Origin: Candidatus Spongiisociaceae bacterium | Lineage (GTDB): Bacteria; Actinomycetota; Acidimicrobiia; Spongiisociales; Spongiisociaceae | Direction of reading: 5' to 3' | DNA: 64,000 bases | Assembly: GCA_965262915.1 (NCBI GenBank) | Contig: OZ253564.1 | Coordinates: 4,672,001-4,736,000, forward strand | In this document: one piece after another, positions 9,689 to 22,799 of the stretch | Numbering within the stretch: position 1 is the first letter of the stretch | How the letters are laid out: each line of letters begins with the position of its first letter | Position numbers and translations under genes: made by a program | Notes under the pieces: generated by a model | What the model was told of the DNA's origin: nothing | Database searches by the model: none | What the model saw: only the letters and a program-made list of their open reading frames with translations

Positions 9689-10732
9689 ATGCTCATCCCG
9701 GTGATCCTTGCAGGAGGTTTGGGAACCCGGCTATGGCCGATATCGCGTCCCGAGCACCCCAAGCCCCTCGCCCGGTTGACCGGGAAATCCTCCATGATCC
9801 AGGAGACGGTACTCCGCGCCGCGGCCATCCCCGGAGCGAGCGATCCCGTCATCGTGTGCGGCGAGGCCCACTACGCGCCGATCGTCGATCATCTCAGTGA
9901 GGTCGGACGACGCGACTGCACTGCCCTGCTGGAACCGTTCGGGCGGGGCACCGCTCCCGCGGCGGCGGCCGCCGCGCTGGCCGTCGAGGAGGACGACATC
10001 CTGGCGGTGATGCCTGCCGACCACGTCATCGCGGACATCGGGGCTCTCGCGGAAGCGATCGGCCTGGCCGCCGACGCCGCTCGGGCCGGATGGCTGGTGA
10101 CGTTCGGGGTCGTCCCCGACCGGCCCGAGACCGGATACGGTTACATCGAGCACGGTGATCCGATAGATGGCCTCCCCGGCACGTACCGCATCGCCTCCTT
10201 CCGGGAGAAACCCGACGGTCCCACCGCCCGCCGTTATGTCGAGACCGGCCGCTACTCGTGGAACAGCGGCATGTTCGTCTTCCGGGCCGGCACTTACCTG
10301 GACGAACTCCACGAGGCCGCCCCTGAGATGGTTCGGCGGACCGAAGCTGCTCTGGCGGGCGCCACGAACCATGGCAAGACGCTGCTCCGACGAGGGGGCA
10401 CCCGGCTGGACCCGGAGAACTTCTCAGGATGCCCCCATGGGTCGATCGACCGGACGGTCATGGAACACACCCGACAGGGCGCGATGGTGCCCTTGGAGGC
10501 CGGTTGGAGCGATGTGGGCTCCTGGGCGGCGCTATGGGAGTCGGGCGCCAAGGACGGGGCCGGAAACGTCGTTTCGGGAACCAGCCACCTGAGGGGAGTC
10601 TCCTCCAGCTACGTCCGGGCCGGGGAGCGCCCTGTAGTCGTGGTCGGCCTCGAGAACGTCATCGTCGTCGACGCCGGTGATGCGGTGCTCGTGGCGAGCA
10701 TGGATCACGCCCAAGAGGTCAAGCCGCCCTAG
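9689..10732 (+). CDS. manC: Mannose-1-phosphate guanylyltransferase
   Basis: PVILAGGLGTRLWPISR..PK, LEPFGRGTAPA, ETGYGYI, FREKPD, WNSGMF, WSDVGSW; RBS GGAGG. Confidence 0.9.
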   Translation: MLIPVILAGGLGTRLWPISRPEHPKPLARLTGKSSMIQETVLRAAAIPGASDPVIVCGEAHYAPIVDHLSEVGRRDCTALLEPFGRGTAPAAAAAALAVEEDDILAVMPADHVIADIGALAEAIGLAADAARAGWLVTFGVVPDRPETGYGYIEHGDPIDGLPGTYRIASFREKPDGPTARRYVETGRYSWNSGMFVFRAGTYLDELHEAAPEMVRRTEAALAGATNHGKTLLRRGGTRLDPENFSGCPHGSIDRTVMEHTRQGAMVPLEAGWSDVGSWAALWESGAKDGAGNVVSGTSHLRGVSSSYVRAGERPVVVVGLENVIVVDAGDAVLVASMDHAQEVKPP

Positions 10733-10825
10733 GAGGGTGGTCTAGAACGGTGGGGAGCAACGGCCCGTCTATTTGTCCTTTTTTGAGCACCCTCGCAGGC
10801 GCCCCGGACATCCGCACGCCGGAGA

Positions 10826-13800
10826 TCAACCGGCCAGGGGCGAGACCTCCGCCGTACCGGTCCGCTCGGCCTCCTCCTCGTACTCTCCGTCGGCACCGGG
10901 CATCTGGAGCGAGGCGAGCCAATCGGCGCCCAGGTTGGCGGGCAGCGCGCTTGCGCCGGGCAGGTCAGGCTGGATCCCTTGGTACCGGGCAGCCCCGGTT
11001 CCGGCCGGGATCAGCTTCCCGATTATCACGTTCTCCTTCAGGCCCCGCAGGTAGTCGGAACGACCGTTGATAGCCGCCTCGGTGAGCACCCTGGTGGTCT
11101 CCTGGAAGGAAGCCGCCGACAACCACGAATCGGTGGCCAGCGACGCCTTGGTGATACCCATGAGCTGCGGGCGCCCTTCGGCGGGCATCTTGCCCTCGGC
11201 CACCAGGCGCCGGTTCGCGTCCCGGAACTCTCCATGGTCCACCAACTGGTGGGGTAGGAATTCCGAGTCGTTGGCGCGTGCCACGCGAACCTTGCGCAAC
11301 ATCTGGCGGACGATCATCTCGATGTGTTTGTCGTGGATGTCCACTCCCTGCGACCGGTACACCTCCTGTACCTGTTCCACCAGGTAACGCTGGCAGGCCT
11401 TCACTCCCTGGATCTCGCACACCTCCTTGGGGTCGAGGGGTCCCTCGGTGAGCGGCGTGCCGGCCGTGATCTCTTGCCCTGTGCGAACCCTCAGGCGGGC
11501 TCGCCGGGAGACCTCGTAGGTCTTCTCCCCGTCGGCGGACGTGATCGCGATCTTCCGACCGCCGCCGTCGATCTCCTCGACGCCGATCCGACCGCTGACC
11601 TCGGAGAGGAGGGCCTTGCCCTTGGGAGCGCGGGCCTCGAACAACTCGACCACGCGCGGTAACCCGTGGGTGATGTCCTGTCCGGCCACCCCCCCGGTGT
11701 GGAACGTCCGCATGGTCAGCTGGGTACCCGGCTCGCCGATGGACTGGGCAGCCATTATCCCGACCGCCTCGCCGGGCTCCACCATCCTCCCGGTGGCCAT
11801 GCTGAGACCGTATGAGGCCTGGCTGATGCCATGACGGATCTCGTCGGTGAGCGGCGAGCGCACCCGGATCCTGGTGACCGCGGAGGTTGCCTCCAGGGCC
11901 ACCAGCGCATGACGATCGATCACCTCTCCGGCCACCAGATCGCGCCCGTCCTTGGTCTCCAGCGGGTGTCCGTCCACCATCACATCGTCGACCAGTACCC
12001 TTCCGAAGACCCGGTTGCGCAGATAGCGAACCGGCGTGCCGCCGTCCTCTCGAACGGTGATCACGATGCCGCGGTCCTCGGAGTCCTCATCGTGCACGAT
12101 GATCTCCTGCGCAACGTCCACCAGACGGCGCGTGAGGTAACCCGAGTCGGCCGTCCGCAGGGCGGTGTCGGCCAGGCCCTTGCGAGCGCCGTGGGTCGAG
12201 ATGAAATACTCCAGTACCGACAGTCCTTCGAGGAAGTTCGACTTGATCGGGCGCGGGATGATGTCTCCCTTCGGATTGGCCACCAAGCCGCGCATCCCAG
12301 CGATCTGGCGTACCTGCATCATGTTCCCGCGGGCACCCGAGGTCACCATCATGTCGATGGGGTTGAACAGGCCGCTCGACAGGGACTTCCGCATCGAAGC
12401 AGTCACCGCCTCGGTGGCTTCGGTCCAGATCTCGATCAGTTCCTGCCGGAGCTCGTCATAGGTGATGATCCCCTTCTGGTACTGCTTGTCGAACTTGTCG
12501 GCCTGGCGCTGGAAACCATCGATGATGCGCTGCTTGTCCCGAGGGGTCCGCACATCGCTCAGCCCGATGGTCAGGCCCGCCCTGGTGGAGTACTCGAACC
12601 CGAGTTCCTTGATCTCGTCGAGGGTACGCTGCACGACGTTCTTGTCGTACCGTTCGATGATCTCGGCGACCAGAACCCTGACGTCGCTCTTGAGCACCTT
12701 GGCGTCGAGAACGGGGAAGTCCCGCGGCAGCGCCCTGTTCAGCAGGGTCCGCCCGAGCGTGGTCTCGATCAGCTCGTTGGCGTCGACCGGCTCGTCGGTG
12801 ATCAGATGAGGGATGAAGTCCTTCAGTTCGGCATGGACTTCGGGGTCACCGGCGATGTCGTAGAGGCGGAGCTTGATCGGCGCGTGCAGCGCCAACTCAC
12901 CGAGGTCGTACGCCATCATCGCCTCGTCGAGATCGGTGAACGCCCGGCCCGCACCCTTGGCGTCGGGTACCTTCTCCGACAGGTAGTAGATGCCTATGAC
13001 CATGTCCTGGGACGGAGTGACGATAGGTCGCCCGCTGGCCGGCGAGAGCACGTTGTTGGTGGACAGCATGAGCAGCCGCGCCTCGGCCTGTGCCTCGGCC
13101 GACAAGGGAAGGTGCACGGCCATCTGGTCCCCATCGAAGTCGGCGTTGAACGCCTCGCACACCAGCGGGTGTATCTGGATGGCCTTGCCCTCGACCAGGA
13201 CCGGCTCGAAAGCCTGTATCCCCAGCCGGTGAAGGGTGGGCGCCCGGTTCAGCAACACCGGGTGCTCCTGGATCACCTCCTTGAGCACATCCCAGACCTG
13301 GGGCCGCTGCCGCTCCACCATCCTCTTGGCGGACTTGATGTTCTGGGCGATGTCCCGGTCGACCAGCCGCTTCATCACGAAAGGCTTGAACAGCTCGAGC
13401 GCCATCACCTTGGGAAGTCCGCACTGATGAAGCAGCAGCTGCGGACCCACCACGATGACTGAACGGCCCGAGTAGTCGACCCGCTTGCCGAGCAGGTTCT
13501 GCCGGAACCGGCCCTGCTTGCCTTTCAGCATGTCGGACAACGACTTGAGGGCCCGGTTCCCCTGTCCGGTGACCGCCTTCCCCCGGCGACCGTTGTCGAA
13601 CAGCGCATCGACCGCTTCCTGGAGCATGCGTTTCTCGTTGTTGACGATGATCGCCGGCGCGTTGAGGTCGAGGAGCCGCTTGAGCCGGTTGTTGCGGTTG
13701 ATCACCCTTCGGTAGAGGTCGTTCAGGTCGGAGGTGGCAAAGCGCCCCCCGTCCAGCTGCACCATGGGCCGCAGGTCCGGGGGGATGACCGGTACCGCCT

Positions 13801-14815
13801 CCACGATCATGCTCTTGGGCGAGTGCTTACCCTCCCAGAACGGCTTGACGACCTTGATCCGCTGGGTAGCCCGGTGGCGACGCTGGGCCGATTTCGCCAC
13901 GAGGTTCTCCCGCAGCATCTCCATCTCGGCATCGAGGTCCAGCCGGGAGAGCAGGCTCCTGACGGCCTCGGCGCCCATACCACCCTCGAAGTAGGCGTCG
14001 TAACGGTTGTAGAGCACCCGCCACAGCTGCTCCGACTCCACGAGCTTCTTGGTCTTGAGCGATCGGAAGGTGTTGAAAGCCTCCACGATCAACTCGCACT
14101 CACGGTCGGCGCGTTCCTCGCGCTCCTTCATCTCGCGGTCCACCTCGCGGCGGCGTGCGGTGATCTCCTGGGGCTTGGCGCCCCCCTCCTCCATCCGCAT
14201 CACCTCTTGCTCGAGGCGCTCCAGCCGGGCGTCTCTCCACTCGGCGAACTCCTCCCGTTCCATCTCCAACTCGGCGCCCATCCTCTGCTCGAGCTGCGGC
14301 AGATCGACCAGGCGCTTCTTCTCGTCGAGATGGGTGATGACGTAGGAGGCGAAGTAGATGACCTTCTCCAACTCCTTGGGCGACATGTCGAGCAGGTAGC
14401 CGAGACGGGAGGGGACCCCCTTGAAGAACCAGATGTGGGTAACGGGTGCGGCCAACTCGATGTGGGCCATCCGTTCCCTCCGCACCTTGCTCCGGGTGAC
14501 CTCTACGTTGCACTTCTCGCACAGGATCCCCCGGTAGCGGATCCGCTTGTACTTTCCACAGGCGCACTCCCAGTCTTTCTGGGGACCGAATATCCGCTCG
14601 TCGAAGAGCCCTTCCTTCTCCGGCTTCAACGTCCGGTAGTTGATGGTCTCCGGCTTCTTGACCTCGCCGAACGACCAGGAACGAACCTGGTCGGGCGAAG
14701 CAAGACCGATCTTGAGTTCGTCGAACATGTCACGTTCGGATACACCCGTGTGTGAGCGGTAATTCGTGTAGTGGCCGTAAGGGCCGTACTGCTCTGGTCT
14801 GGAACCCCAATCCAC
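10826..14815 (-). CDS. rpoC: RNA polymerase beta' subunit
   Basis: NADFDGD catalytic motif, [21 protein letters not shown]. Start uncertain: GTG 14815 (with RBS-like GAAGG) or ATG 14728. Confidence 0.97.
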   Translation of the reverse strand: MDWGSRPEQYGPYGHYTNYRSHTGVSERDMFDELKIGLASPDQVRSWSFGEVKKPETINYRTLKPEKEGLFDERIFGPQKDWECACGKYKRIRYRGILCEKCNVEVTRSKVRRERMAHIELAAPVTHIWFFKGVPSRLGYLLDMSPKELEKVIYFASYVITHLDEKKRLVDLPQLEQRMGAELEMEREEFAEWRDARLERLEQEVMRMEEGGAKPQEITARRREVDREMKEREERADRECELIVEAFNTFRSLKTKKLVESEQLWRVLYNRYDAYFEGGMGAEAVRSLLSRLDLDAEMEMLRENLVAKSAQRRHRATQRIKVVKPFWEGKHSPKSMIVEAVPVIPPDLRPMVQLDGGRFATSDLNDLYRRVINRNNRLKRLLDLNAPAIIVNNEKRMLQEAVDALFDNGRRGKAVTGQGNRALKSLSDMLKGKQGRFRQNLLGKRVDYSGRSVIVVGPQLLLHQCGLPKVMALELFKPFVMKRLVDRDIAQNIKSAKRMVERQRPQVWDVLKEVIQEHPVLLNRAPTLHRLGIQAFEPVLVEGKAIQIHPLVCEAFNADFDGDQMAVHLPLSAEAQAEARLLMLSTNNVLSPASGRPIVTPSQDMVIGIYYLSEKVPDAKGAGRAFTDLDEAMMAYDLGELALHAPIKLRLYDIAGDPEVHAELKDFIPHLITDEPVDANELIETTLGRTLLNRALPRDFPVLDAKVLKSDVRVLVAEIIERYDKNVVQRTLDEIKELGFEYSTRAGLTIGLSDVRTPRDKQRIIDGFQRQADKFDKQYQKGIITYDELRQELIEIWTEATEAVTASMRKSLSSGLFNPIDMMVTSGARGNMMQVRQIAGMRGLVANPKGDIIPRPIKSNFLEGLSVLEYFISTHGARKGLADTALRTADSGYLTRRLVDVAQEIIVHDEDSEDRGIVITVREDGGTPVRYLRNRVFGRVLVDDVMVDGHPLETKDGRDLVAGEVIDRHALVALEATSAVTRIRVRSPLTDEIRHGISQASYGLSMATGRMVEPGEAVGIMAAQSIGEPGTQLTMRTFHTGGVAGQDITHGLPRVVELFEARAPKGKALLSEVSGRIGVEEIDGGGRKIAITSADGEKTYEVSRRARLRVRTGQEITAGTPLTEGPLDPKEVCEIQGVKACQRYLVEQVQEVYRSQGVDIHDKHIEMIVRQMLRKVRVARANDSEFLPHQLVDHGEFRDANRRLVAEGKMPAEGRPQLMGITKASLATDSWLSAASFQETTRVLTEAAINGRSDYLRGLKENVIIGKLIPAGTGAARYQGIQPDLPGASALPANLGADWLASLQMPGADGEYEEEAERTGTAEVSPLAG

Positions 14816-14819
14816 TATG

Positions 14820-17800
14820 TCAACCTTCTTCCCTGCGCTCGGGGCGCGACAGATCGATGCCGAGCGACTCGGCCGTCCGGTAGAGATCCTCGTCCAGGTC
14901 CTTGAACTGGATCTCTTCACCGGCGGACAGCAACTCGACATTGAGACACAGGCTCTGCATCTCCTTTATGAGCACCTTGAAAGACTCCGGAACTCCGGGT
15001 TCGGGGATGTTGTCGCCCTTGACGATCGACTCGTACACCTTCACCCGACCCAGCACATCGTCGGACTTGATCGTCAACAACTCCTGGAGGGCGTAGGCGG
15101 CCCCGTAGGCCTCCAAGGCCCACACTTCCATCTCTCCGAACCGCTGGCCACCGAACTGGGCCTTCCCGCCCAGAGGCTGCTGGGTGATCATCGAATAGGG
15201 ACCCGTCGAGCGGGCATGCAGTTTGTCGTCGACGAGGTGCACCAGCTTGAGGATGTAGAGGTAGCCGACCGTGATGGGGGTGTCGAACGGCAGACCGTTG
15301 CGACCGTCGTAGAGGATCGCCTTGCCCTCGTCGTTCACGAGGCGCTCCCCGTCCCGGTTGGGCAGGCTGTGGGCGATGACACCCCTGATCTCGCCCTGGC
15401 GGGCGCCGTCGAACACCGGCGTGGCCACATGGGACCAGCGAGGCATCCCGGCCGAGATGGGGCCCTCGGCCTCGAAGGAACTCCATCCCTGGGCGGCCGC
15501 CCAACCCAGGTGGGTCTCGAGAACCTGCCCCAGGTTCATCCGTGAGGGAACCCCCAGCGGGGACAGCACGATGTCGACAGGTGTACCGTCCGCCAGGAAG
15601 GGCATGTCCTCCTCGGGCAGGATCTTGGCGATCACGCCCTTATTACCGTGCCGGCCGGCCAGCTTGTCCCCCTCGGAGATCTTCCGCTGGCTGGCCACGT
15701 AGACCCGTACCAGTTCGTTGACGCCGGGGGGAAGGTCGTCGAACCCGTCCGAACGCCGGAAGACCTTCACATCGATCACCTTGCCGGACTCACCGTGGGG
15801 CACCTTGAGAGACGAATCGCGAACCTCGCGGGCCTTCTCGCCGAAGATGGCCCGTAGGAGGCGCTCCTCCGGGGTCATCTCGGTCTCGCCCTTGGGGGTC
15901 ACCTTGCCTACCAGGTAGTCACCGGGACCCACATCGGCACCCACCCGGATGATGCCCTCGTCGTCGAGGTCCCGCAGCACCTCCTCGGCCACGTTGGGGA
16001 TGTCGCGCGTGATCTCCTCCGCTCCCAGCTTGGTGTCACGGGCGTCGATCTCGTGCTCCTCGATATGGATCGAGGTCAGCACGTCCTGTTTGACCAGGCG
16101 CTCGCTGAGCACGATGGCATCCTCGAAATTGTGGCCCTTCCAAGGCATGAAGGCCGCCAGCAGGTTCTTGCCGAGCGCCAGTTCGCCGGAGTCGGTGGAC
16201 GGGCCGTCGGCGATCACTGTGCCCGTATCCACCTCCTGGCCGACGGCCACCAGCGGCTTCTGGTTGATCGAAGTGCCCTGGTTGGAACGTTCGAACTTCC
16301 GTAGCGGGTGGCGGTGGACCTCCTTGGTGTCCGACGCCGTGATCACGATCTCGTCTCCGGTCACGGAGGTGACCACGCCCGGCACCTCCGAGATGATCAG
16401 GTCCCCGGAATCCCGGGCCGCCCTGGCCTCGACGCCGGTGCCGACCAACGGCGCCTCGGTCCGGAGAAGGGGGACTGCCTGCCGCTGCATGTTGGAACCC
16501 ATGAGGGCCCGGTTGGCGTCGTCGTGCTCGAGGAAGGGTATGAGCGATGTGGCAACCGACACGATCTGCTTGGGCGAGACGTCCATGAAGTCGACATCCG
16601 CGGGCGGCACGCGATCGATGTCCCCGCCCGCCCTGCGCACCAGCACCCGGTCCCGCTCGAAGGAACCGTCGAGGTTCAGGGGAGCGTTGGCCTGGGCGAT
16701 CACGTAACGCTCCTCTTCGGAAGCGGTCAAGTAGGAGATATCCTCGGTCACCCTTCCGTCCCTCACCTGCCGGTAGGGGGTCTCTATGAATCCGAACCGG
16801 TTGACTCGGGCATAGCTGGCCAGCGACCCGATCAACCCGATGTTGGGACCCTCCGGAGTCTCGATCGGGCACATGCGGCCGTAGTGCGAAGGATGAACAT
16901 CCCTCACCTCGAACCCGGCCCGTTCCCGAGATACACCCCCCGGTCCCAGGGCCGACAGGCGACGCCGATGGGTGAGACCCGCCAGCGGGTTGGGCTGATC
17001 CATGAACTGGCTGAGCTGGCTGGACCCGAAGAACTCCTTGATCGAGCCGACAACGGGACGGATATTTATGAGGCTCTGGGGCGTGATGGAGTCCGGATCC
17101 TGGGTGGTCATCCGCTCCCTCACCTGCCGTTCCATCCGGTTGAGACCCATCCTGATCTGGTTTTGGACCAACTCGCCGACAGTGCGTACCCGCCGGTTCC
17201 CGAAATGGTCGGTGTCGTCGGTCCGGACCGGGACCTCGTTACCGATCGCGGTGATCATCGTCCTCTTACCGGTCTTCAGGTGGACCATGTAACGGATCGT
17301 ATCGATCAGGTCGTCGTCGGTCAGGAGCCCGTTGACCGAGGCATGACCGTCGGGGTTCTGGAACTTCTGGTTCACCTTGTAGCGACCCACAGGGGTGAGG
17401 TCGTAACGCTTGGGGTTCCTGAAGACCGCCTGGATGAGGCCGCGGGCCGACTCGACCGTGGTCGGCTCACCCGGACGCTGCTTGCGGTAGAGATCCAGCA
17501 GTGCCTCTTCCACGTCATGCACGGGGTCCTTCTCAAGCGTGTTGCGGATGACGTCGGCACCCTCGAACATGTCGATTATCTGCTCGTCGGTCTCGACTAT
17601 CCCGAGGGCCCGGATGAACGAGGTCACGTACTGGCGCCGCTTGCGATCCACCCGCACTCCCAGCGTACCGCGCTTGTCGATGTCGAACTGCATCCACGCG
17701 CCCTGGCCCGGAATCACCTTGGCGCCGTAGATGTCCTTGTCGGAGGTCTTGTCTATACGGTGGTCGAAGTAGACACCCGGTGAGCGGACCAACTGGCTCA

Positions 17801-18191
17801 CCACCACCCGCTCGGTCCCGTTGATGATGAAGGTCCCGTTGCGGGTCATCATCGGGAAGTCCCCCAGGAACACTTTCTGCTCCTTGATCTCCCCAGTCGT
17901 TCGATTGACGAAACGGGCGATCACATGCAGGGGCTTCGAGTAGCTGGTGTCCCGCTCCTTAGCTTCTTCGACCGTCATGAGCGGATCTCCGAAATAGTGA
18001 TCGCTCAGGTCCAGAGCGAGAGAGCCCGAGAAGTCCTCGATCGGTGACAACCGCTTGAAGATATTGGCCAGCCCCTCCTCGAGGAACCACGAGAACGACT
18101 CCTTTTGCACCGCGATCAGATCGGGCAACGGGAGAACTTCGGGGATCTTCGAGAACGACAGGCGTTCGGCGGCGGCGCGAGCTATAAGCAA
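14820..18191 (-). CDS. rpoB: RNA polymerase beta subunit
   Basis: [40 protein letters not shown]; TTG start. Confidence 0.98.
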   Translation of the reverse strand: MLIARAAAERLSFSKIPEVLPLPDLIAVQKESFSWFLEEGLANIFKRLSPIEDFSGSLALDLSDHYFGDPLMTVEEAKERDTSYSKPLHVIARFVNRTTGEIKEQKVFLGDFPMMTRNGTFIINGTERVVVSQLVRSPGVYFDHRIDKTSDKDIYGAKVIPGQGAWMQFDIDKRGTLGVRVDRKRRQYVTSFIRALGIVETDEQIIDMFEGADVIRNTLEKDPVHDVEEALLDLYRKQRPGEPTTVESARGLIQAVFRNPKRYDLTPVGRYKVNQKFQNPDGHASVNGLLTDDDLIDTIRYMVHLKTGKRTMITAIGNEVPVRTDDTDHFGNRRVRTVGELVQNQIRMGLNRMERQVRERMTTQDPDSITPQSLINIRPVVGSIKEFFGSSQLSQFMDQPNPLAGLTHRRRLSALGPGGVSRERAGFEVRDVHPSHYGRMCPIETPEGPNIGLIGSLASYARVNRFGFIETPYRQVRDGRVTEDISYLTASEEERYVIAQANAPLNLDGSFERDRVLVRRAGGDIDRVPPADVDFMDVSPKQIVSVATSLIPFLEHDDANRALMGSNMQRQAVPLLRTEAPLVGTGVEARAARDSGDLIISEVPGVVTSVTGDEIVITASDTKEVHRHPLRKFERSNQGTSINQKPLVAVGQEVDTGTVIADGPSTDSGELALGKNLLAAFMPWKGHNFEDAIVLSERLVKQDVLTSIHIEEHEIDARDTKLGAEEITRDIPNVAEEVLRDLDDEGIIRVGADVGPGDYLVGKVTPKGETEMTPEERLLRAIFGEKAREVRDSSLKVPHGESGKVIDVKVFRRSDGFDDLPPGVNELVRVYVASQRKISEGDKLAGRHGNKGVIAKILPEEDMPFLADGTPVDIVLSPLGVPSRMNLGQVLETHLGWAAAQGWSSFEAEGPISAGMPRWSHVATPVFDGARQGEIRGVIAHSLPNRDGERLVNDEGKAILYDGRNGLPFDTPITVGYLYILKLVHLVDDKLHARSTGPYSMITQQPLGGKAQFGGQRFGEMEVWALEAYGAAYALQELLTIKSDDVLGRVKVYESIVKGDNIPEPGVPESFKVLIKEMQSLCLNVELLSAGEEIQFKDLDEDLYRTAESLGIDLSRPERREEG

Positions 18192-18490
18192 AGTTTCCTC
18201 CTAGAGACTCCCCAACCGGACGTTGGCCGGCCTGCAAAACCCATGTGACCCGACTAACTCCGTAGTCCAACCAACTGGTTGCGCAGACCTGTTCGTTCTG
18301 TCGTGGCGCGGGCCGCAGTGATCAGGGTCGGAATCCACCGCATACCCGGATGCACGGAACGGCTCCACACACGGCAAAAGACAGGATAGCACGCGCACTA
18401 CCCTGCCCTGACCGGGCGCAAAACACATTCAGTTATGATCGACGGGCTCCCGTCTCATTCCCCTCCGGGCATCCGTCCAATTCGGTGCCG

Positions 18491-18519
18491 ATACTAACGG
18501 GGGCAATAGGACCCGTCAA
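18491..18519 (-). promoter_or_regulatory. SigA-type promoter for rpoBC
   Basis: TTGACG-17nt-TAGTAT on the minus strand, about 300 nt upstream of rpoB. Confidence 0.65.
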
Positions 18520-18545
18520 GCACCATCCGGTACTTTTCGCGTTCT

Positions 18546-18700
18546 CCAGTGGTACATGTCGGTTGCCCGTGGTAAGTGGCCAATGGTCGGTAGTCAAGAC
18601 AACCTCTATTGCTGATAGGGGTTATTAAGCAATACTATCTTACTACTGACCACAAACTGCCGACTAGAGGCTGTCGACTACCGGCAGCCGGCTAACAACT
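18546..18700. repeat. Inverted pair of degenerate heptamer arrays flanking an AT-rich core
   Basis: Left: cccgtgg taagtgg ccaatgg tcggtag. Right: ctactga ccacaaa ctgccga ctagagg ctgtcga ctaccgg cagccgg ctaacaa (reverse-complement type). Confidence 0.7.
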
Positions 18701-18703
18701 GTG

Positions 18704-19090
18704 TCAGCGTATCTCCACGCTGCCGCCGACGGCCTCGATCTTGGCCTTGGCCGCTTCGGCTTCGTCCTTGGAAACCGCCTCGAGGACGGTGTTGGGGATG
18801 CCGTCCACTACGGCCTTGGCCTCCTTGAGGCCCAGGCGCGTGAGAGCGCGCACCTCCTTGATGACCTGGATCTTCTTGTCCCCGGACGATGTGAGAACCA
18901 GATCGAACTCGACCTGCTCCTCCTCGGCGGCTTCGGCACCACCGTCGTCTCCGGCCGCCATGGCCACAGCCATCGAAGCCGCCGCGGTCACATCGAAGTG
19001 CTGTTCGAAGGCATCCAGAAACTCTTTGAGCTCGAGGACGGTCATCTCCTCGAAGACACCCAACAGGTCTTTGGTACTTAGTTTGGCCAT
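18704..19090 (-). CDS. rplL: 50S ribosomal protein L7/L12
   Basis: [38 protein letters not shown]; RBS GGAGG. Confidence 0.97.
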   Translation of the reverse strand: MAKLSTKDLLGVFEEMTVLELKEFLDAFEQHFDVTAAASMAVAMAAGDDGGAEAAEEEQVEFDLVLTSSGDKKIQVIKEVRALTRLGLKEAKAVVDGIPNTVLEAVSKDEAEAAKAKIEAVGGSVEIR

Positions 19091-19175
19091 GGTCATTCCT
19101 CCTGCGTTGACGCCCCGGCCGGGCCGGATGCCCGCCGGGACATGGACTCCATCGTTCGTCCGGTCTTCATGTCGT

Positions 19176-19733
19176 TCACACCGGAGCGGACGCTCCGGGT
19201 TCGGACCCGGCGCCCATCGATTCCTTCTTCTCAAGCAACTGCGAGAACACCGACGCCGCATCCCTGGTGAACGAACCCAACAGGAACGCTGCCTTCGATA
19301 GGGGGCCCTTCACCGCGCCCGCGATCTTCGAGAGCAGGACCTCCCGGCCGCCGAGAGTGGCGAGCACCGCCACCTCCTCCGGCCCGATCACCTTCCCGTT
19401 CAGCAAGCCGGCCTTGACCACCAGACCCTCGTTCTCCTTGCTGAACTCCATCAGAGCCTTGGCGGCCGGGATCGGATCGTCCTTGACGAAGGCGATGGCG
19501 GTGGGACCGGTCAGCCATTCGTCGAGACCCTCATGACCCAGTTCGTGCAACGCCCGACGGGTGAGGGTCATCTTCAACACCTTGTAGCGGGCCCCGGTTT
19601 CACCGAGCGACCGCCGGAGCTCTTGCTGCCGGTCCACCGGTAGCCCGCGGTACTCGGTCACGAACGACGAGGGAGAGTCCGCGAAGTACCCTCTGATCTC
19701 TTGAACCGCCCGTACCTTTTCGGGTCGTGGCAT
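19176..19733 (-). CDS. rplJ: 50S ribosomal protein L10
   Basis: [21 protein letters not shown]; RBS GGAGG. Confidence 0.95.
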   Translation of the reverse strand: MPRPEKVRAVQEIRGYFADSPSSFVTEYRGLPVDRQQELRRSLGETGARYKVLKMTLTRRALHELGHEGLDEWLTGPTAIAFVKDDPIPAAKALMEFSKENEGLVVKAGLLNGKVIGPEEVAVLATLGGREVLLSKIAGAVKGPLSKAAFLLGSFTRDAASVFSQLLEKKESMGAGSEPGASAPV

Positions 19734-19844
19734 ACCATCCTCCGCTGGTCTGGAGCGCGACACCGCGCCGCGCTGTAAGTTCGCATGCCCGCGCAGGCGC
19801 GCCGGAGTGGCGACAGCACGAGGGGGAGCCGGGGCGAATGCCCC

Positions 19845-19940
19845 GAATCGGCCTCGGCAGGTGAATCCACCCGGATCGCTTACACCGTCGTCGCAGGAGA
19901 TGTCTCCGTATGCGACTCAGGTACCGGCTGTCTGCGGTCC
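19845..19940 (-). promoter_or_regulatory. L10 leader (ribosomal protein autoregulatory RNA)
   Basis: Minus strand ACCGCAGACAGCCGG ... TAA ... CCTGCCGAGGC matches the L10-leader AGAC/CCGAGG pattern, upstream of rplJ. Confidence 0.7.
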
Positions 19941-20035
19941 ATACATTTTCCGGCACACGGCCGGAAGAGCGCACCGAAGGATAACCGGACGGTCCGAAAA
20001 CGCCAAAGAAGGCGACGGCGGGTCAGGTTCCGAAG

Positions 20036-20743
<708 letters not shown>

Positions 20744-20895
20744 GGTTCCTCCTTGTGGTATTGGCGGTCGGTCTGCGAAACGATCCGCCGTGTGCTGGTT
20801 GCCGCACCGGCATTTCACAAACAGACCACCGTCGAGTTGCTCTCGGCAACTCTCCCAGCTATCTGTCCAGATGTATGTGTGCCGCCGAGGCCTGC

Positions 20896-21324
20896 TCAGT
20901 CGGCTATTACGATTCCCATGGATCGGGCTGTACCCGCCACGATCTTCATCGCGCCATCGATGTCCGCGGTGTTGAGATCGGGAAGCTTGGTCTCGGCGAT
21001 CTGCCGGAGCTGGTCCCGGGACAGCGTGGCGACCTTCTCCCGGTTGGGCTCCGCCGAGCCTTTCTCCACCCGGGCCGCCTGCCGGAGCAGCACCGCGGCC
21101 GGAGGCGTCTTGGTGACGAAGGTGAAGGACCGGTCGGCGTAGATGGTCACTTCAGCGGGGATGATCGTGCCCGCCTGGGACTTGGTCGCCTCGTTATAGG
21201 ACCTGACGAACTCCATGAGGTTGATCCCGTGCTGGCCCAGAGCCGGACCTAACGGAGGCGCCGGGCTGGCTTCGCCGGCCGGAATCTCGAGTTTCACAAT
21301 AGCTACAACCCGTTTTCTACCCAT
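20896..21324 (-). CDS. rplK: 50S ribosomal protein L11
   Basis: [34 protein letters not shown]. Confidence 0.97.
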   Translation of the reverse strand: MGRKRVVAIVKLEIPAGEASPAPPLGPALGQHGINLMEFVRSYNEATKSQAGTIIPAEVTIYADRSFTFVTKTPPAAVLLRQAARVEKGSAEPNREKVATLSRDQLRQIAETKLPDLNTADIDGAMKIVAGTARSMGIVIAD

Positions 21325-21395
21325 GATGGTCGATGTCCTTCGATCTTTCGTTGTCCGGTGACCGGCACGGCGGATGCCCTCACCCGCCCGTCCGG

Positions 21396-22280
21396 CTATT
21401 GCTTCTGGATGTCCTCGAACCCCAATTCCATCGGGGTGTCCCTGCCGAAGATCTCGACGAGCACGGTGACCTTCTGCTGGTCCACGTTGATGTCCTCGAC
21501 CACTCCGTTGAAATCGGCGAAGGGGCCGGCGGAGACGCGTATCGTCTCCCCGATCTCCCAGGCCGGCCGGAAACGAGGGGGCTTCTTCGCCGCTTCCTTC
21601 TTGAGACCCAGGAACCGCTCGACCTCCCGCTTGGACAGCGGAGTGGGCCTGTTCCCGCTTCCCATGCCCACGAAGGAGGTCACGCCCGGAGTGTTGCGCA
21701 CCGCATGCCAGGAGTCGTCGTCCATGTACATCCTGATCAGGAGGTAGCCCGGGAACATCCGCTTCTCGACCTCGACCTTGCGCCCACCCTTGAACTCCAC
21801 CACTTTCTCGGTGGGGATCACGACCTCGAAGATGCGGTCCTGCATGTGCATGGACGAACTGCGTGTAGCGAGGTTGGCCTTGACCTTCTTCTCGTGACCC
21901 GAGTAGGCGTGGATCACGTACCACGAACCCCGTTTGTCGTAGGGGCTGATCGGCTCCTCCTCCACCTCGGTCGCCAACGCGGTGCGGGGCTCGGCTGCGG
22001 CCTTGGTGCCGGGAGTGGCGGTGGCGCGGCGCCGAGCCGCGGCGGGCTTGCGGGCCTTCTTCGCAGCGGCCGCAGGAACCTCGGGCGGAGGCGCCGGCCG
22101 AGGTTCGGGCTCGGGCTCGGGCTCGGGCTCGGGCGTCGCCTCCGGTGGGGTTCCGTCGGTACCGAACCCGGCCGACAGGAGGGCAGTTCCCAGCAAACTG
22201 AGCGATTCCTCCGACGCATCGCTGTCAGCCCCGGCCTCGGGGTCATCATCGATTACAGGCAGAGTCCGGTCGGTCATCAT
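21396..22280 (-). CDS. nusG: Transcription termination/antitermination factor NusG with long low-complexity N-terminal extension
   Basis: [45 protein letters not shown]; start overlaps secE stop. Confidence 0.93.
   Translation of the reverse strand: MMTDRTLPVIDDDPEAGADSDASEESLSLLGTALLSAGFGTDGTPPEATPEPEPEPEPEPRPAPPPEVPAAAAKKARKPAAARRRATATPGTKAAAEPRTALATEVEEEPISPYDKRGSWYVIHAYSGHEKKVKANLATRSSSMHMQDRIFEVVIPTEKVVEFKGGRKVEVEKRMFPGYLLIRMYMDDDSWHAVRNTPGVTSFVGMGSGNRPTPLSKREVERFLGLKKEAAKKPPRFRPAWEIGETIRVSAGPFADFNGVVEDINVDQQKVTVLVEIFGRDTPMELGFEDIQKQ
22105..22134. repeat. (TCGGGC)5 coding microsatellite giving a Pro-Glu run in NusG
   Basis: Five exact 6-bp units. Confidence 0.9.
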
Positions 22281-22579
22281 CACCCCATCAATGCCTTGAT
22301 GAAGGCCAGTATCGAACGGCTGAAGGCCAGATCGACGAGGAATACATAAGCCGTGAGCGCCCCGGCGGTGACAACGGTCACGGTGGTGAAGGCGATCATC
22401 TGCTGGCGGCTGGGCCACCCGACCCGGCTGAGTTCGACCCGCACCTCGCGCAGGAACTGGACGAGGCGCGCCCAGCGGCTCCGCTGCGGTCCGCCGATGG
22501 GCGAGCGGCGTCCCCGTTTGTCCTTCTGTTTGCTGCGCCGCTCCTCCCTCTCGGCAAGCCGGCGCATCTCGCGGTTCAT
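22280..22579 (-). CDS. secE: Preprotein translocase subunit SecE
   Basis: FLREVRVELSRVGWPSR followed by one TM helix; between tRNA-Trp and nusG. Confidence 0.93.
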   Translation of the reverse strand: MNREMRRLAEREERRSKQKDKRGRRSPIGGPQRSRWARLVQFLREVRVELSRVGWPSRQQMIAFTTVTVVTAGALTAYVFLVDLAFSRSILAFIKALMG

Positions 22580-22635
22580 ATCTCTTCCTGTCCTCTTACG
22601 TGGGTTTCACCGGCGGGTATCGCCGTGAACGAGCC

Positions 22636-22714
22636 TGGCAGGGGCGGAGGGACTCGAACCCCCAACCTCCGGTTTTGGAGACCGGCGCTCTAACCAATTT
22701 CGAGCTACGCCCCT
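22636..22714 (-). tRNA. tRNA-Trp (CCA)
   Basis: AGGGGCG acceptor stem, anticodon loop CT-CCA-AA, GGTTCGAGTCC T-arm, encoded CCA end. Confidence 0.96.
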
Positions 22715-22728
22715 CGACCGTACGGGGG

Positions 22729-22758
22729 AGTATACGAACAGGTCGCCCCCAGTGTAAA
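22729..22758 (-). promoter_or_regulatory. SigA-type promoter for tRNA-Trp-secE-nusG
   Basis: TTTACA-18nt-TATACT. Confidence 0.6.
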
Positions 22759-22799
22759 TCAGTTGCGATGGTTCAGTGACCGGTAGCCGGTAGCAACTA

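Noticed and set aside
20745-20800. L1-binding leader between rplK and rplA
   Set aside because: A hairpin followed by ACCAC is suggestive but I could not match the motif with confidence
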